Part shown: positions 28,623 through 38,674 of the stretch, piece after piece
How positions within the stretch are numbered: the stretch's first letter is position 1
Layout: each line of letters begins with the position of its first letter
From: Candidatus Eiseniibacteriota bacterium
GTDB taxonomy: Bacteria > Eisenbacteria > RBG-16-71-46 > CAVPCR01
Reading direction: 5' to 3'
Assembly (NCBI GenBank): GCA_963823555.1
Contig: CAWGMA010000001.1
Coordinates: forward strand, 1,824,001 to 1,888,000
DNA: 64,000 nucleotides
The notes under the pieces: model-generated
Seen by the model: only the letters and a program-made list of their open reading frames with translations
The model's database searches: none
Told to the model about the DNA's origin: nothing
Made by a program: the position numbers and the translations under genes

Positions 28623-29981
28623 ATGATCCCAGCCCCCTCCATCCCTTCGCAGTTCCGCGATTTCCTGCGGGCCCGGATACGCCTGGGCAGCCGCTTCAGG
28701 GCCCGACTAGCCGAGCTGAACCGCACCGAGCGCCTCGGCTCCGGGGATCTGGAAGCCTTCCAGCTGGCTGCCTTGCGACAGGCCCTGGTCCGGGCTGGGC
28801 GATCGGTGCCTTACTACCGCCGGCTGTTCGCCGATATCGGGTTTGACCCGGCCGCGATCTCCTCGCTGGCCGATCTGACGAGCCTGCCCACCATCGATAA
28901 GGCCCGCGTCCGCGAACGACCGGCCGAGTTCCGCGATCATTCGATCCTGTTCACGACCCGCGGCTATACGAGCGGAACGACCGGCACGCCGCTCGTCGTC
29001 CAGCGCGACCTCGACAGCGTTATTCATGAAAATGCCATGATTTGGCGCCAGCGCCTGTGGTTCGGCGTGAAGCCCGGCGATCGCATCGCGGTCCTCCGCG
29101 GGGAGGTCGTCACACCCGCGGCGAACACAGGGCCGCCCTTCTGGCGCGAGGACCGGTTCGCCCGCGAGCTCGTCCTCTCGAGCCATCACCTGGCGCCGCA
29201 GCATGCAGCGGCCTACCACCAGGCGCTCACGCGGTTCGCCCCTGCCGCCCTCTATGCGTATCCCTCCTCGGCAGGCGAACTGGCCCGCCTGTTCCGGGAC
29301 CAGCGGCTCGATCCACCTCCCCTGCGCGCCGTCTTCACAGCCTCGGAGACGCTCCGCAGGGAAGACGGGGAGATCATCGCGCACGTCTTCCGCGCCCCGG
29401 TCGTCGATCGCTATGGCAACGCCGAGCGCACACTGGCCGGCGGGCACTGCGAACGTGGTGGCTATCACATGTGGACCGACTGCACGTTGCTCGAGCTCTT
29501 ACCGGCGATCGAGGACAGTGCCGAGATGGTGGGAACGCCGCTCACGGGGCGAGCCATGCCGCTCTTCCGCTACCGAACCGGGGATCACGCCACCGGTGGA
29601 GCGCCGCCCTGTCCCTGCGGCCGCGTCTTCCCAGTCGTCGAGCGCGTTGAAGGCCGCCTGGACCCTCTTCTCGTGACCCCGGACGGCCGACGCATCGGGC
29701 GGCTGGATCATGTGTGGAAGGGAGTTGAGCACATCTCCTCCGGCCAGATCGTGCAGGAGGCGGACCTCACGGTGCGTCTCAAGGTCGTCCCTGAACCCGG
29801 CTATTCAGAGGTGGATCGCAGCCTGATCACCGCCCATGCCAGGGATCGCCTCGGCCCCGGAATGAACATCATCGTCGAAGAGGTCGATCGCCTCCCACGA
29901 ACCCGGAGCGGAAAGTTCCAGGCGGTGGTCAGCCTCGTGGAAGAGAGCGACGATGAGAGATCCGGGGGACGCGAGCCCTGA
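28623..29981 (+). CDS. Phenylacetate-CoA ligase/CapK-like adenylate-forming enzyme
   Basis: VPYYR, LPTIDK, TSGTTGTP, YGNAE, MPLFRYRTGD, EGR, SGKF. Confidence 0.88.
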   Translation: MIPAPSIPSQFRDFLRARIRLGSRFRARLAELNRTERLGSGDLEAFQLAALRQALVRAGRSVPYYRRLFADIGFDPAAISSLADLTSLPTIDKARVRERPAEFRDHSILFTTRGYTSGTTGTPLVVQRDLDSVIHENAMIWRQRLWFGVKPGDRIAVLRGEVVTPAANTGPPFWREDRFARELVLSSHHLAPQHAAAYHQALTRFAPAALYAYPSSAGELARLFRDQRLDPPPLRAVFTASETLRREDGEIIAHVFRAPVVDRYGNAERTLAGGHCERGGYHMWTDCTLLELLPAIEDSAEMVGTPLTGRAMPLFRYRTGDHATGGAPPCPCGRVFPVVERVEGRLDPLLVTPDGRRIGRLDHVWKGVEHISSGQIVQEADLTVRLKVVPEPGYSEVDRSLITAHARDRLGPGMNIIVEEVDRLPRTRSGKFQAVVSLVEESDDERSGGREP

Positions 29982-30017
29982 TTCCCGGGGTCCGGCGCGC
30001 CCCGGCCAGGATGTTCG

Positions 30018-31496
30018 TCAGACCTGACCGGGTCGGTTCCATTCGACCGCGCCGATCCAGCCGAAATGGGGACGGAACGCCAGGGACGGGGCGGCGGAAT
30101 CGAGGTCCGGGAGGGGGATGTTGCTCCTCACGTCGATCGCCGATGGCGAGAATCGAGCGAGCGCCAGCTCCGTGGGCGCGAAGGCCTCCGCGACGATCTT
30201 CACCCGGCGCGGGTCGAAACCCATGATTCGTGTCGCCACCCAGTCACAGGCCGCCGGATTGAACCCGGCGATGATGAGACCTGACGGGCGCGCATCGGCA
30301 GCCATCGGACCATTGCCCTCCCCCCCGATGATGCCGTCGATCAAGCTCAGGTAGCCGGAGCGCGGCCCGGCCGCAAGGCGACCGTCCGGATGGGCGTAGA
30401 GGAGCACCTTGGCTAGATCGAGGGCCATCCGCCACGTGGTGTCGTTGCCGTGCCAGTTGCCGCTGCGCACGACCTCCTCCGTATCCCCGAACACGCGAGC
30501 GCCCACGAGTCGCAGCTGGCGGGCCAGTTCGAGCACGGGACGGGAGCGCCGCGGCAAGAGCGGCTTCAGGCGGTTCAGGAGGCGCATCTCGAGCCCGGCA
30601 CGGCCGTGGGCTGCCGGGTACTGATCGCCCCCGCGGTCCGGTGCGCCGAGGGCGTAGTGCGGGAGCCAGTTCTTGTTGCCGTTGAGACCCACCAGGTTCT
30701 TGAGACTCAGGGTGACCCCGCACTTCTTGTGCGTCTTCAGCTTCGGCAGGTTGATGACGACATCGGCCGCCAGCGCGGATGTGGAGAACATGTAGGCGTG
30801 CCGCTCTCCGCGATGGTGGCGATTGGTCTCCTCGGTGTCGTAGTCGGCTCCATAGTAGACTCGCCCGTCGAGGCCGTAGAACATCGAACGCTGGCCGAGA
30901 TCGACCTCGGTCGTGCCCATGGGATCGCCTGCCGCCGTGGTCCGCTCGAGAATGACCCCATCGCGCGACAGCCACCGGCTCGACCGGAGATCGACCACCT
31001 CGATGGCGATCGGCAGGCGCTCGCCCACGAAGGAGCGGATCTCCTCGAGACCCATCCGTGCTGCGATGAGCTCGAAATCGGAATCGGTCTGCGGAGCATC
31101 GGCGATCAGAACCCGACCGCGGCCGGCCAGAGCGATCGCCACGTAGTCGAGAACCGCGCGCACCACCGAGCCATGGGTGATGATCTGCTCCCACTCCGCC
31201 GGCCGGTTGATATGCGACTCGCGAATCATGTTCGGCTTCAAGAGCACCGTCGCGCCCGGCCGCACGAGCTCGCCGAGCGGATTCCAGTCCCTGGTGCCGA
31301 AGCGGGCGGCGTCCAGACCGAGGAGACGCCAGGCCTCGCGGACACCAGCATAGGCGGGATTGGGCTCGTCCCCGGTCATACCCGGGAACGGGGATTCGGG
31401 ATAGGCGATCTCCGGGTGATACGGCGGCCGCCGCGCGTAGCTCGGCTCGCCGCGATACACGGCGACCTCGCGCCGATCCAGGATCGAGGGGGTCAT
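30018..31496 (-). CDS. DUF362-domain protein
   Basis: VLLKPN, ADVVINLPKLKTH, VTLSLKNLVG, IDGIIGGEGNGP. Confidence 0.88.
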   Translation of the reverse strand: MTPSILDRREVAVYRGEPSYARRPPYHPEIAYPESPFPGMTGDEPNPAYAGVREAWRLLGLDAARFGTRDWNPLGELVRPGATVLLKPNMIRESHINRPAEWEQIITHGSVVRAVLDYVAIALAGRGRVLIADAPQTDSDFELIAARMGLEEIRSFVGERLPIAIEVVDLRSSRWLSRDGVILERTTAAGDPMGTTEVDLGQRSMFYGLDGRVYYGADYDTEETNRHHRGERHAYMFSTSALAADVVINLPKLKTHKKCGVTLSLKNLVGLNGNKNWLPHYALGAPDRGGDQYPAAHGRAGLEMRLLNRLKPLLPRRSRPVLELARQLRLVGARVFGDTEEVVRSGNWHGNDTTWRMALDLAKVLLYAHPDGRLAAGPRSGYLSLIDGIIGGEGNGPMAADARPSGLIIAGFNPAACDWVATRIMGFDPRRVKIVAEAFAPTELALARFSPSAIDVRSNIPLPDLDSAAPSLAFRPHFGWIGAVEWNRPGQV

Positions 31497-32722
31497 GAGC
31501 TGGCCTCCGGACCCCGACCCGCCGCGGAGTTGGCCTGTCGTGAATAGCGAGCGGAACGACCACGATGCCGGGCGTGGACCGCTTCGAGCTCGGCGACGAG
31601 GCGGCCGATGGCCACGTCCCGATCGAACTCGCCAACGGCCCTCTTCCGCCCGCGTTCCCCCATCGCCTGACGCAGGGCGGGATCGGCGACCAGCCGCCGG
31701 ATGGTCTGGACCAGGGTCTCCCGGTCCCGCGGCGCCATGAGGAATCCCTCCTCGCCGTCGGCGATCATCTCCGGGATGGTGCCTACTCGCGTCGAGATGA
31801 CCGGCAGCCCGGCCGCCATCGCCTCGATCAGGACCACGGGCTGGTTCTCCAGATGCGACGGCAGGATGAAGATGTCCGCCTCGGCGAAGGCCCGGAGCTT
31901 GGCGTCTCCGGTGATGGTACCGAGCAGCGTGATATGCGGGGTCAGTTCCTGGTCCGCGATGAAGCTCCTGATCTCGCGCTCAACGGCCGGGAACTCGGCG
32001 ACTCCCCCGAGGATGAAGTGCGTGCCCGGAGCATGCGCCACAACCGGTGCGACCGCATGCAGCAGATCCCACACTCCCTTCTGCTCCGAAAGCCGGCCGA
32101 GGAAGAACACCGTCACCCGCGAGCGCGGTGGTCGTGGCACAGGGAGCGCACGATAGGCCGTGGTGTCGATGAAGTTCGACAGCACTCCGGCCTGCCCCGG
32201 GGCGAGATCCGGGTTGAAATAGCGGCGCAGGCCATCGCTCAGGAGCAGGACCCGATCGGCCGGGCTGAGCAGCGGCCCGAGGAACCGCCGCGCCCACCCG
32301 GCGCCCGTCACGAACAGCTCCCCCTCGTAGCGAGCGTGGAACTGGCACACAACCCCGGCTCCGGCGAGGCGGGCCAGCCGCACGAACAGCGCCTCGCGGA
32401 CGAGGGAGTGGTCGGCCACCGGGGTCAGGAATGCCAGATCCGGTCGCATGCGCAGCAGCTTCCAGGCCAGATCGATCGTCGATCTCAGGAAGTAGTACCC
32501 ATCGCGCAAGCTCACGCTCGAATCGGAAACCACCTCGCGGGCATCCTTCTTGGAGGTGTCCACGACCGTGATACGGAAATGCTCGCCCAGGTCCGACTCG
32601 AGCATGGCCTTGAACATCGCCCCCACGCCGCCGAAGGGTGGCGGCACGGGCCCGATCATGAAGAGGTGAGGCGCCGGCAACCCGGCCGCACGGGCGCTGC
32701 GTTGTGGCGATTGGGATGGCAT
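31493..32722 (-). CDS. Glycosyltransferase family 4
   Basis: IGPVPPPFGG, FLGRLSEQKG, LPSHLENQPVVLIEAMAAG. Confidence 0.9.
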   Translation of the reverse strand: MPSQSPQRSARAAGLPAPHLFMIGPVPPPFGGVGAMFKAMLESDLGEHFRITVVDTSKKDAREVVSDSSVSLRDGYYFLRSTIDLAWKLLRMRPDLAFLTPVADHSLVREALFVRLARLAGAGVVCQFHARYEGELFVTGAGWARRFLGPLLSPADRVLLLSDGLRRYFNPDLAPGQAGVLSNFIDTTAYRALPVPRPPRSRVTVFFLGRLSEQKGVWDLLHAVAPVVAHAPGTHFILGGVAEFPAVEREIRSFIADQELTPHITLLGTITGDAKLRAFAEADIFILPSHLENQPVVLIEAMAAGLPVISTRVGTIPEMIADGEEGFLMAPRDRETLVQTIRRLVADPALRQAMGERGRKRAVGEFDRDVAIGRLVAELEAVHARHRGRSARYSRQANSAAGRGPEASS

Positions 32723-32844
32723 GGCTTGATCTGCGGGGCGAGCAACACGGGGCCAACCGACGCTGTCCGGCGCCGCACATTCGAGCGGGGCCACTCGAGT
32801 ATCGACGGCCCCGCGCATGCGGTCAAGCCGGGCCCGCATTCCGC

Positions 32845-33819
32845 TCACGCGTCCGCTCCCGCCACGCCGGTCGCCGGGCGCTCGAGGATGGCGACCACGC
32901 GATGGATCACGAGCTCGCGCAGTCCAGGCACTCGCGCGGCCATTGCGCACAAGGGCGCCAGCAGGCGCAGGAACGGCCGCCCGGCGACCACGCGACCCAC
33001 GCTGAACAGCGGGCGCAGCGGAACGGCCACCGGAACGAATCCAGCCCGCTCCGCCGCCTCGAGGAAGCTCCCGCGCGTGGTCCCGTTCAGGGTGTGCCCA
33101 CGCTCCCACGGCGCCAGCTCCGGGGATGTCCGTCGATACCACCGCGCACCCTCGCCCCGGTCGCGCACCATCGCATCGTAGACGCGCACGAGATCACGTC
33201 CCGGGAAGATCCAGTGCAGACCCGGAGTCCGCGTCACGAGCCCGAGGTGATGTTCCGTGGGGTGCCAGTACGAGGGGAAGACGGCATAGAGCCGCCCTTG
33301 CGGGCGCAGCACGCGGAGACACTCCTCAAGCACGAGCTCCAGATCCTGCACATGCTCGAAGACATCGAAGGAGAGAATGGCATCGAAGCTCGCGGCAGCG
33401 AAGGGCAGAGCCTCCCCCACCGCCGCGGCGAAATGCGCCTTGAGCCGGCGCTCGGTGGCGAAGAGCTGGGCCCCGGCGACGATCGCCGGATCCACATCGA
33501 CACCGGCCAGATACGATAGCCGGTAACGCTCGATCCAGGCGGCGCTGCGCCCACCGGTGAAGCAACCGAGATCGAGGACGGTCTTGCCTTCCAGGAGCGG
33601 TCCGAGATCGCAATCGAAGTAGTGATCGAGTGGATACTCGCACTCGTCGTCCTGCCGGTAGCGAGCCGAGGCCAGGAGCCGGGCCCTCTGCTCCTCCCGG
33701 GGCGCAAGGCGAAAGGAGGGATGAGCGAAGATCTCGCCGAGCGACAGATCATCCGCCGAAGGCTCGGAAGAGCGCAACCGCATCAACGCCCGCAGGAGAT
33801 GGGTACGCATGACCGCCAT
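32845..33819 (-). CDS. Class I SAM-dependent methyltransferase
   Basis: VLDLGCFTG, GVDVD, LPF...FDAI...VFEHV, RVLRPQG. Confidence 0.9.
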   Translation of the reverse strand: MAVMRTHLLRALMRLRSSEPSADDLSLGEIFAHPSFRLAPREEQRARLLASARYRQDDECEYPLDHYFDCDLGPLLEGKTVLDLGCFTGGRSAAWIERYRLSYLAGVDVDPAIVAGAQLFATERRLKAHFAAAVGEALPFAAASFDAILSFDVFEHVQDLELVLEECLRVLRPQGRLYAVFPSYWHPTEHHLGLVTRTPGLHWIFPGRDLVRVYDAMVRDRGEGARWYRRTSPELAPWERGHTLNGTTRGSFLEAAERAGFVPVAVPLRPLFSVGRVVAGRPFLRLLAPLCAMAARVPGLRELVIHRVVAILERPATGVAGADA

Positions 33820-35090
33820 CAGATCCCGGCCGCGGCGACCGGAGTGTTGCCGGATCCGCGCGCGCCCCGCCCGCCGGCCCGCTCCGCCAGGATCGCCGTT
33901 GCCAGGCGGGTGATCAGGTCGGCGTGATGTCCCCAGTCATGGTGTTCGACGGCATCCCGTCGCGCCTGGGCCCCCAGAGCCTGTCGGAGCCCGCCATCCA
34001 CCGCCAGGCGACCGATGGCGGCGGCCAGGGCACCAACGTCCCCGGGGGGCACGAGAAGTGCATTCACATCGGGGCGGAAGACCTCGCGCAGCACCTCGAG
34101 ATCGGGCGCGACCAGCGCCTTTCCCATCGCCATGTACTCGAAGATCTTCATGGGCGAGCCGTAATCGGTCGCCCAAGGGATGGTGGCGATGTCCATCGCC
34201 CCCATCGCCTCCGGTACCTGGGCGAACGGGATCTCGCCGACCAGGAGGATGCGCGATCGAGCGCCGGCCTCGTGAACGCGGTGCCGCGCCGCGTTGAAAC
34301 GCGGCTCGCCGGGGCGGCCGCCGATGATCAAGAAGCGCAGCCGCGGTTGCTCGGCAACGAGCTTGAGAGCCGCCTCGATCAGGAGCTCGACACCGTGCCA
34401 GGGAGCAAAGGTACCGACGAATCCAACCACGATGTCGTCGGGGCGCAGGTCGTGCTGCTGGCGGAACGCGGAGCCGTCGATTCCAGGGTGAAATCGCTCG
34501 GTCGAGACCCCGTTGTGCATGGCAACGACGCGCTCGGGCACCACGCCGCGAGTCAGCACCTCCCGGCGCAGCACACCGGACACCGTGATGACGCGATCCG
34601 CAGCGCTGAGGGTCGAGTCCTCGATGCGTCGCGCGAGTCCGACCAGTCCCGCACCGTGAAAGGCCGCAGCCTCGTTGACACCGGCGTTGAATTCGAGGAT
34701 GACGGGAACGCCATGGCGCCGGGCCTGAGCCACCCCCGCCCATTGCAGATGGTGGAATCGTTCATAGACGAGGTCCACCCCGCCCCGGGCCAGGCGCTCC
34801 CGCACGAGTCGCCCGGCGCGAAGATTGTGCAGGAGATAGACGAGATCACGCCCCATGGCCCGTAGCCGGGGCGGCATGCCGGCGGCCGCGTGCCGCGTTG
34901 ACGGCATCCTCCGGGTGACACCGGAGCCGGCCGGGTGCGGGGTTCCCTCCCCGGCGCGCGAGTCGAGGACCTCGACCGAATGTCCGGCATCCTCCAGGGC
35001 CGAGATCACTTCGCGCACATGCGTCGCGTAACCACCGCGACGGTGGCCTTGCGCCTGCGTTGGATCGAGGAGGAGGTAGAGGATGTTCAT
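33819..35090 (-). CDS. Glycosyltransferase family 4
   Basis: GYATHVRE, VYER, FVGTFAPWHG, SPMKIFEYMAMGK; resembles 21661-22935. Confidence 0.9.
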   Translation of the reverse strand: MNILYLLLDPTQAQGHRRGGYATHVREVISALEDAGHSVEVLDSRAGEGTPHPAGSGVTRRMPSTRHAAAGMPPRLRAMGRDLVYLLHNLRAGRLVRERLARGGVDLVYERFHHLQWAGVAQARRHGVPVILEFNAGVNEAAAFHGAGLVGLARRIEDSTLSAADRVITVSGVLRREVLTRGVVPERVVAMHNGVSTERFHPGIDGSAFRQQHDLRPDDIVVGFVGTFAPWHGVELLIEAALKLVAEQPRLRFLIIGGRPGEPRFNAARHRVHEAGARSRILLVGEIPFAQVPEAMGAMDIATIPWATDYGSPMKIFEYMAMGKALVAPDLEVLREVFRPDVNALLVPPGDVGALAAAIGRLAVDGGLRQALGAQARRDAVEHHDWGHHADLITRLATAILAERAGGRGARGSGNTPVAAAGI

Positions 35091-37171
35091 CGAGCGAGGA
35101 CGGCGCGCAGCAGAGAGCCCATGAGAGCGACGATCCCCCGGCGAGCCGGATCTCCACCGTATTCGCTCACGAAGGCAGCGAGATAGGCAGCGTAGAGCGC
35201 GGGGAACACGGCGGATTCGTAGCCCTGCGCCAGCAGGTACGCTTCGACCCGAGCCCGAAGCGGATCGCCGAGGGGACTTCTGTCGAGCATGTGTCCGGTC
35301 ACGCGACCGGCATCGACGTGCTGACTACGCGGATCCGCGAGCAGGCAGATCACGGCATAGTTGACGACATGAATCGCGTCGAACCCGGGCATCGGCACCC
35401 GTCCGAAGCGTTCCCAGTCGATCACACCCATGCGGCTCCCTGCCGTGCGGATGTTGGACAGAGCGAAATCACCATGCTGGGGCGTGCAGACGACGGTACC
35501 CAGGCGGCCAGCGGGTTCGATCGTGCGAGCCAGCCGTTCCGCCAGCGCGTTCCCATCCTCGAGCGCGGCGCGAAGGCCAGGGCTCACCTGTGCGGCGAGT
35601 CCGCCTCCCGTGATCTCCCTCGCCGGCGAATCGGGGGCCAGAGCGTGATGGAATGCGGTGAGCCAGCCGAGCGCCCCACCGATCACATCGTCCACGCGGC
35701 TCACCGTGCTCGCCGCCAGCGGATCGCCGGCAGGCAGGACCGGCGTCGCGCCCGTCATGAAGGTCGTGACGCCCACTTCATGCCGGCCATGGACGAAGAG
35801 ATCGAGGGGGCGAGGCGCCGATCCGGCGAGCGGACCGGTGAGCAGCGGGGCGATCCGCCGGAGCGCGGCGATCTCGGCGCCCGGCGGGGAGAAACCGGCC
35901 CCGGATGGCCCCCCCGGGGAATCCGCCTTCCCCTTGAGCGGGAACAGGCGAACGACGAAGCTGGCGGCACGGGCATCCCCGGAAAAGGCGACGAGCGTCG
36001 GGTGAGAGCGGTTGTGAATCAGAAAGCTGAGGCGCTCCGCCTGGACCGGGAACCCATAGGACCCCGAGCGGGCGGCGAGCGCGGCCGCCAGCCCCCCCGG
36101 CCGCGGCGCCTGCCCCGTCGCCGCAAAGAAGATGAAGTCATTGGCGAAGGCGCGAGAGAGCCGGAACTTGAGGTGCAGGCTCCGCAGCCACGGCCACCGC
36201 GCGGCGCGGCCGCCTCCGCCCATGAGGAGCGAGGCCAGATCCTCGCGCGGCCCGGCGGGCTCGACCGGCAGCAGGAAGTCGGGCGAGTTGTAGCTCCAGA
36301 CCGGGAGCAGCGTGCGCGTTTGGTCGAACCCGGCCCGCGCCAGGATGCGCTGGTAGCCGCGGTGGGTGTAGGTGTAGGTATCGTAGGGATGACCCCGGCG
36401 GACCCGGGTCACGACGTTGGCCAGCCACCGCGGCATGAGCGAGGTGAACGCCAGGTAGCTGTGATCCTGGCGACCGAGGAAATACCAGATCCCGATGCGG
36501 TTCTCGATGCCGACCACGAGCGTGCCCGCGGGCCGCAGCAGCTCGCGGAGCCGGGCAAGAACCTCGAGCTGCGCCTGCCCGGGATCGCGCTGCCCCTTTC
36601 CCAGCCACTCGAGCACGCCGCTCAGCACGATCACATCGAAGGACGCCGGCGGAAACGGCAACGTATGGGCATCACCGCGTACGACCGTGACTTCGCCCAC
36701 CCCGTCCTGCGCGCACCGCGCCCGGGTGAAACGCGCGCGGAGGAGAACCGGTTCGAGCGCAATCACTCGCGCCGCATGAGCCGCCAACCCGGCCGCCACA
36801 CCACCCATGCCTGCCCCGATGTCGAGGATCACCGCCCCGTCCGGGAGGCCGAGGTCGAGCGCCCAGCTGGCTCGCCTGGTGTCGAGGAGGAAGGAGGCCT
36901 TGTCGCGCACCGAAGACCGAGGTGAGGTCTCGACGACCTCACGCCAGGGGCGACCGCGTTCCACTTCGGCGACCAGCCAGGCCATGTCGGCGGCCGGGAT
37001 CTCACCCCAGTAGCTACTGTCCTCGACGAACGTCGGAATACCGTCGATCACCGGATACTGGATGCCGCAAGCGCCGCAAGCGTACGCCTGCTCGCTGGTC
37101 TGAAGCGCGGATCGACAGCGCGGACAGGCGAAGAGGAGTGGCGATACCGGCGCCACCGTGGACCCGCTCAT
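35087..37171 (-). CDS. Trm112-like zinc ribbon + SAM methyltransferase + APH/kinase-like phosphotransferase fusion
   Basis: CPRC...CGACG..YPVIDGIP; ILDIGAGMGG; C-terminal HGDFALSNI and VIDWE. Confidence 0.78.
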   Translation of the reverse strand: MSGSTVAPVSPLLFACPRCRSALQTSEQAYACGACGIQYPVIDGIPTFVEDSSYWGEIPAADMAWLVAEVERGRPWREVVETSPRSSVRDKASFLLDTRRASWALDLGLPDGAVILDIGAGMGGVAAGLAAHAARVIALEPVLLRARFTRARCAQDGVGEVTVVRGDAHTLPFPPASFDVIVLSGVLEWLGKGQRDPGQAQLEVLARLRELLRPAGTLVVGIENRIGIWYFLGRQDHSYLAFTSLMPRWLANVVTRVRRGHPYDTYTYTHRGYQRILARAGFDQTRTLLPVWSYNSPDFLLPVEPAGPREDLASLLMGGGGRAARWPWLRSLHLKFRLSRAFANDFIFFAATGQAPRPGGLAAALAARSGSYGFPVQAERLSFLIHNRSHPTLVAFSGDARAASFVVRLFPLKGKADSPGGPSGAGFSPPGAEIAALRRIAPLLTGPLAGSAPRPLDLFVHGRHEVGVTTFMTGATPVLPAGDPLAASTVSRVDDVIGGALGWLTAFHHALAPDSPAREITGGGLAAQVSPGLRAALEDGNALAERLARTIEPAGRLGTVVCTPQHGDFALSNIRTAGSRMGVIDWERFGRVPMPGFDAIHVVNYAVICLLADPRSQHVDAGRVTGHMLDRSPLGDPLRARVEAYLLAQGYESAVFPALYAAYLAAFVSEYGGDPARRGIVALMGSLLRAVLAR

Positions 37172-38674
37172 CGTCCCCCCATCCCCCATCGGGAGACGAG
37201 ACCCAAGGCGTCGGCCACCTCCGCCCGCTGGATGATCCCCAGGGCCACGGCCAATCCGTAGAAGGCAGCCATGTAGAGCGCGCTGCCCAGAGTCAGCATG
37301 AAGATCGGTGGCGCGCTGATCCGGGCGTGGGCGAACCACAGCGCCGCACCGAGAGCCAACGCCAGCGCGGTCATCTTCGCCAGTTCCTTCCAGGGGAACA
37401 GGCGCGTATAGGGCACCTGGAGCAGGTGCCTCGTCCTGGCAATCTGGGCCTCGGCCACGACCCACATCCCGACCACGACCGCGATGGCTGGGCCCAGGAG
37501 TCCCAGCGGCACGACGCGGACCAGCACGTACGCCAGCGCAACGGCGATCGCCAGCGCTACCAGGCACGCGTAGAGGATGTAGCGGGTGAGCCCAAACGCC
37601 CGGGTCACGGACCCGTAGGGCACCGCCTGGCGCGGAATCAGGAACAGGAAAGCAATGAAGATCGGTGTGGCCTCAGCATACTCCGCGGTGAACAGCCCGA
37701 CGATGAACTCACGCGCCAGCACCGCGAAGACCACCGTCACGGGGATCGACACCAGCGACATCTTGCGGGTGGCGCTGCGCCACAGCGCCAGCATCTCGGC
37801 CAGCTTGCCTTCCTTCTGCAGCTCCGCCATGCGACCGAGGAGCACGCTGGTCGCCGAGGTGAAGACGATGGTGACGATGGGCAGCTGAAAGCAGCCCACC
37901 GAGTAGACGGCGAAGGCCTCCGAATCGAAGATGCGGCTCACATAGAACCGGTCGACGCTCGAGAGCACAGTGACGACCGTGCCGGCCAGCCCGAAGGGCA
38001 CCGCATAGGCCGAGCTGCTCCCTGAGAAACGGCAGGCGCATCGCTCGCCAGGACAGGTAGCGCTCCGAGCGACAGTGCCACACGACGAACAGCATGCGCG
38101 CAAAGGAGAAGACCGTGAGCGCCGCCAGCATCATCCCCACATCTCGAGTCAGGAGGCCGGCGAGAACCACGAGAATCGAGCGCAGCACCTCGGAGCCCAT
38201 GACCACCCAGAAGGTGAGTTTCACATTCTGCTCGACGATGGTCAGGACCTCGATCGTGGAGGACACGACCATCAGCGCCGTGAACGGCCCAACCCACCAT
38301 ATGAGGTCCGCCATGACCGGCTGCCCGAAGTAGTGGGCGACGAAGGTCCGCGCCAGGATCAGAATGACAGCGAAGGACACCCCGATCACGCTGAGGAAGG
38401 ACAGCGTCTGGGTCACGAGCGCCGGGCGGTCCGCGGCGCGACGCGGAAAGAAGTAGAAGAGGCTCTGGGTGAGGCCGAACTGGAGGATCGGCATGCCGGT
38501 CGAGAAGATGAAGAGGGCCTCGCGATAGATGCCGTAGCTCTCCTTGCTCACGATGCGAACCAGGATGACAGGAACGCCGAAGGCGAAGAGGAAGGCGAAC
38601 GCGCGGCCGAGAATGATGACCCCGGCCTGCCGTGAAAGCGAAGCCGGCCTCTCCAGAGACCCCTTCACGCTCAC
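37168..38674 (-). pseudogene. wzx: Wzx flippase split by a one-base frameshift (real lesion or sequence error)
   Basis: N-half in ORF 37709-38674, C-half in ORF 37168-38103; junction CAG CTC G GCC TAT at 38010-38011; removing one G gives a continuous ~501 aa flippase. Confidence 0.8.
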
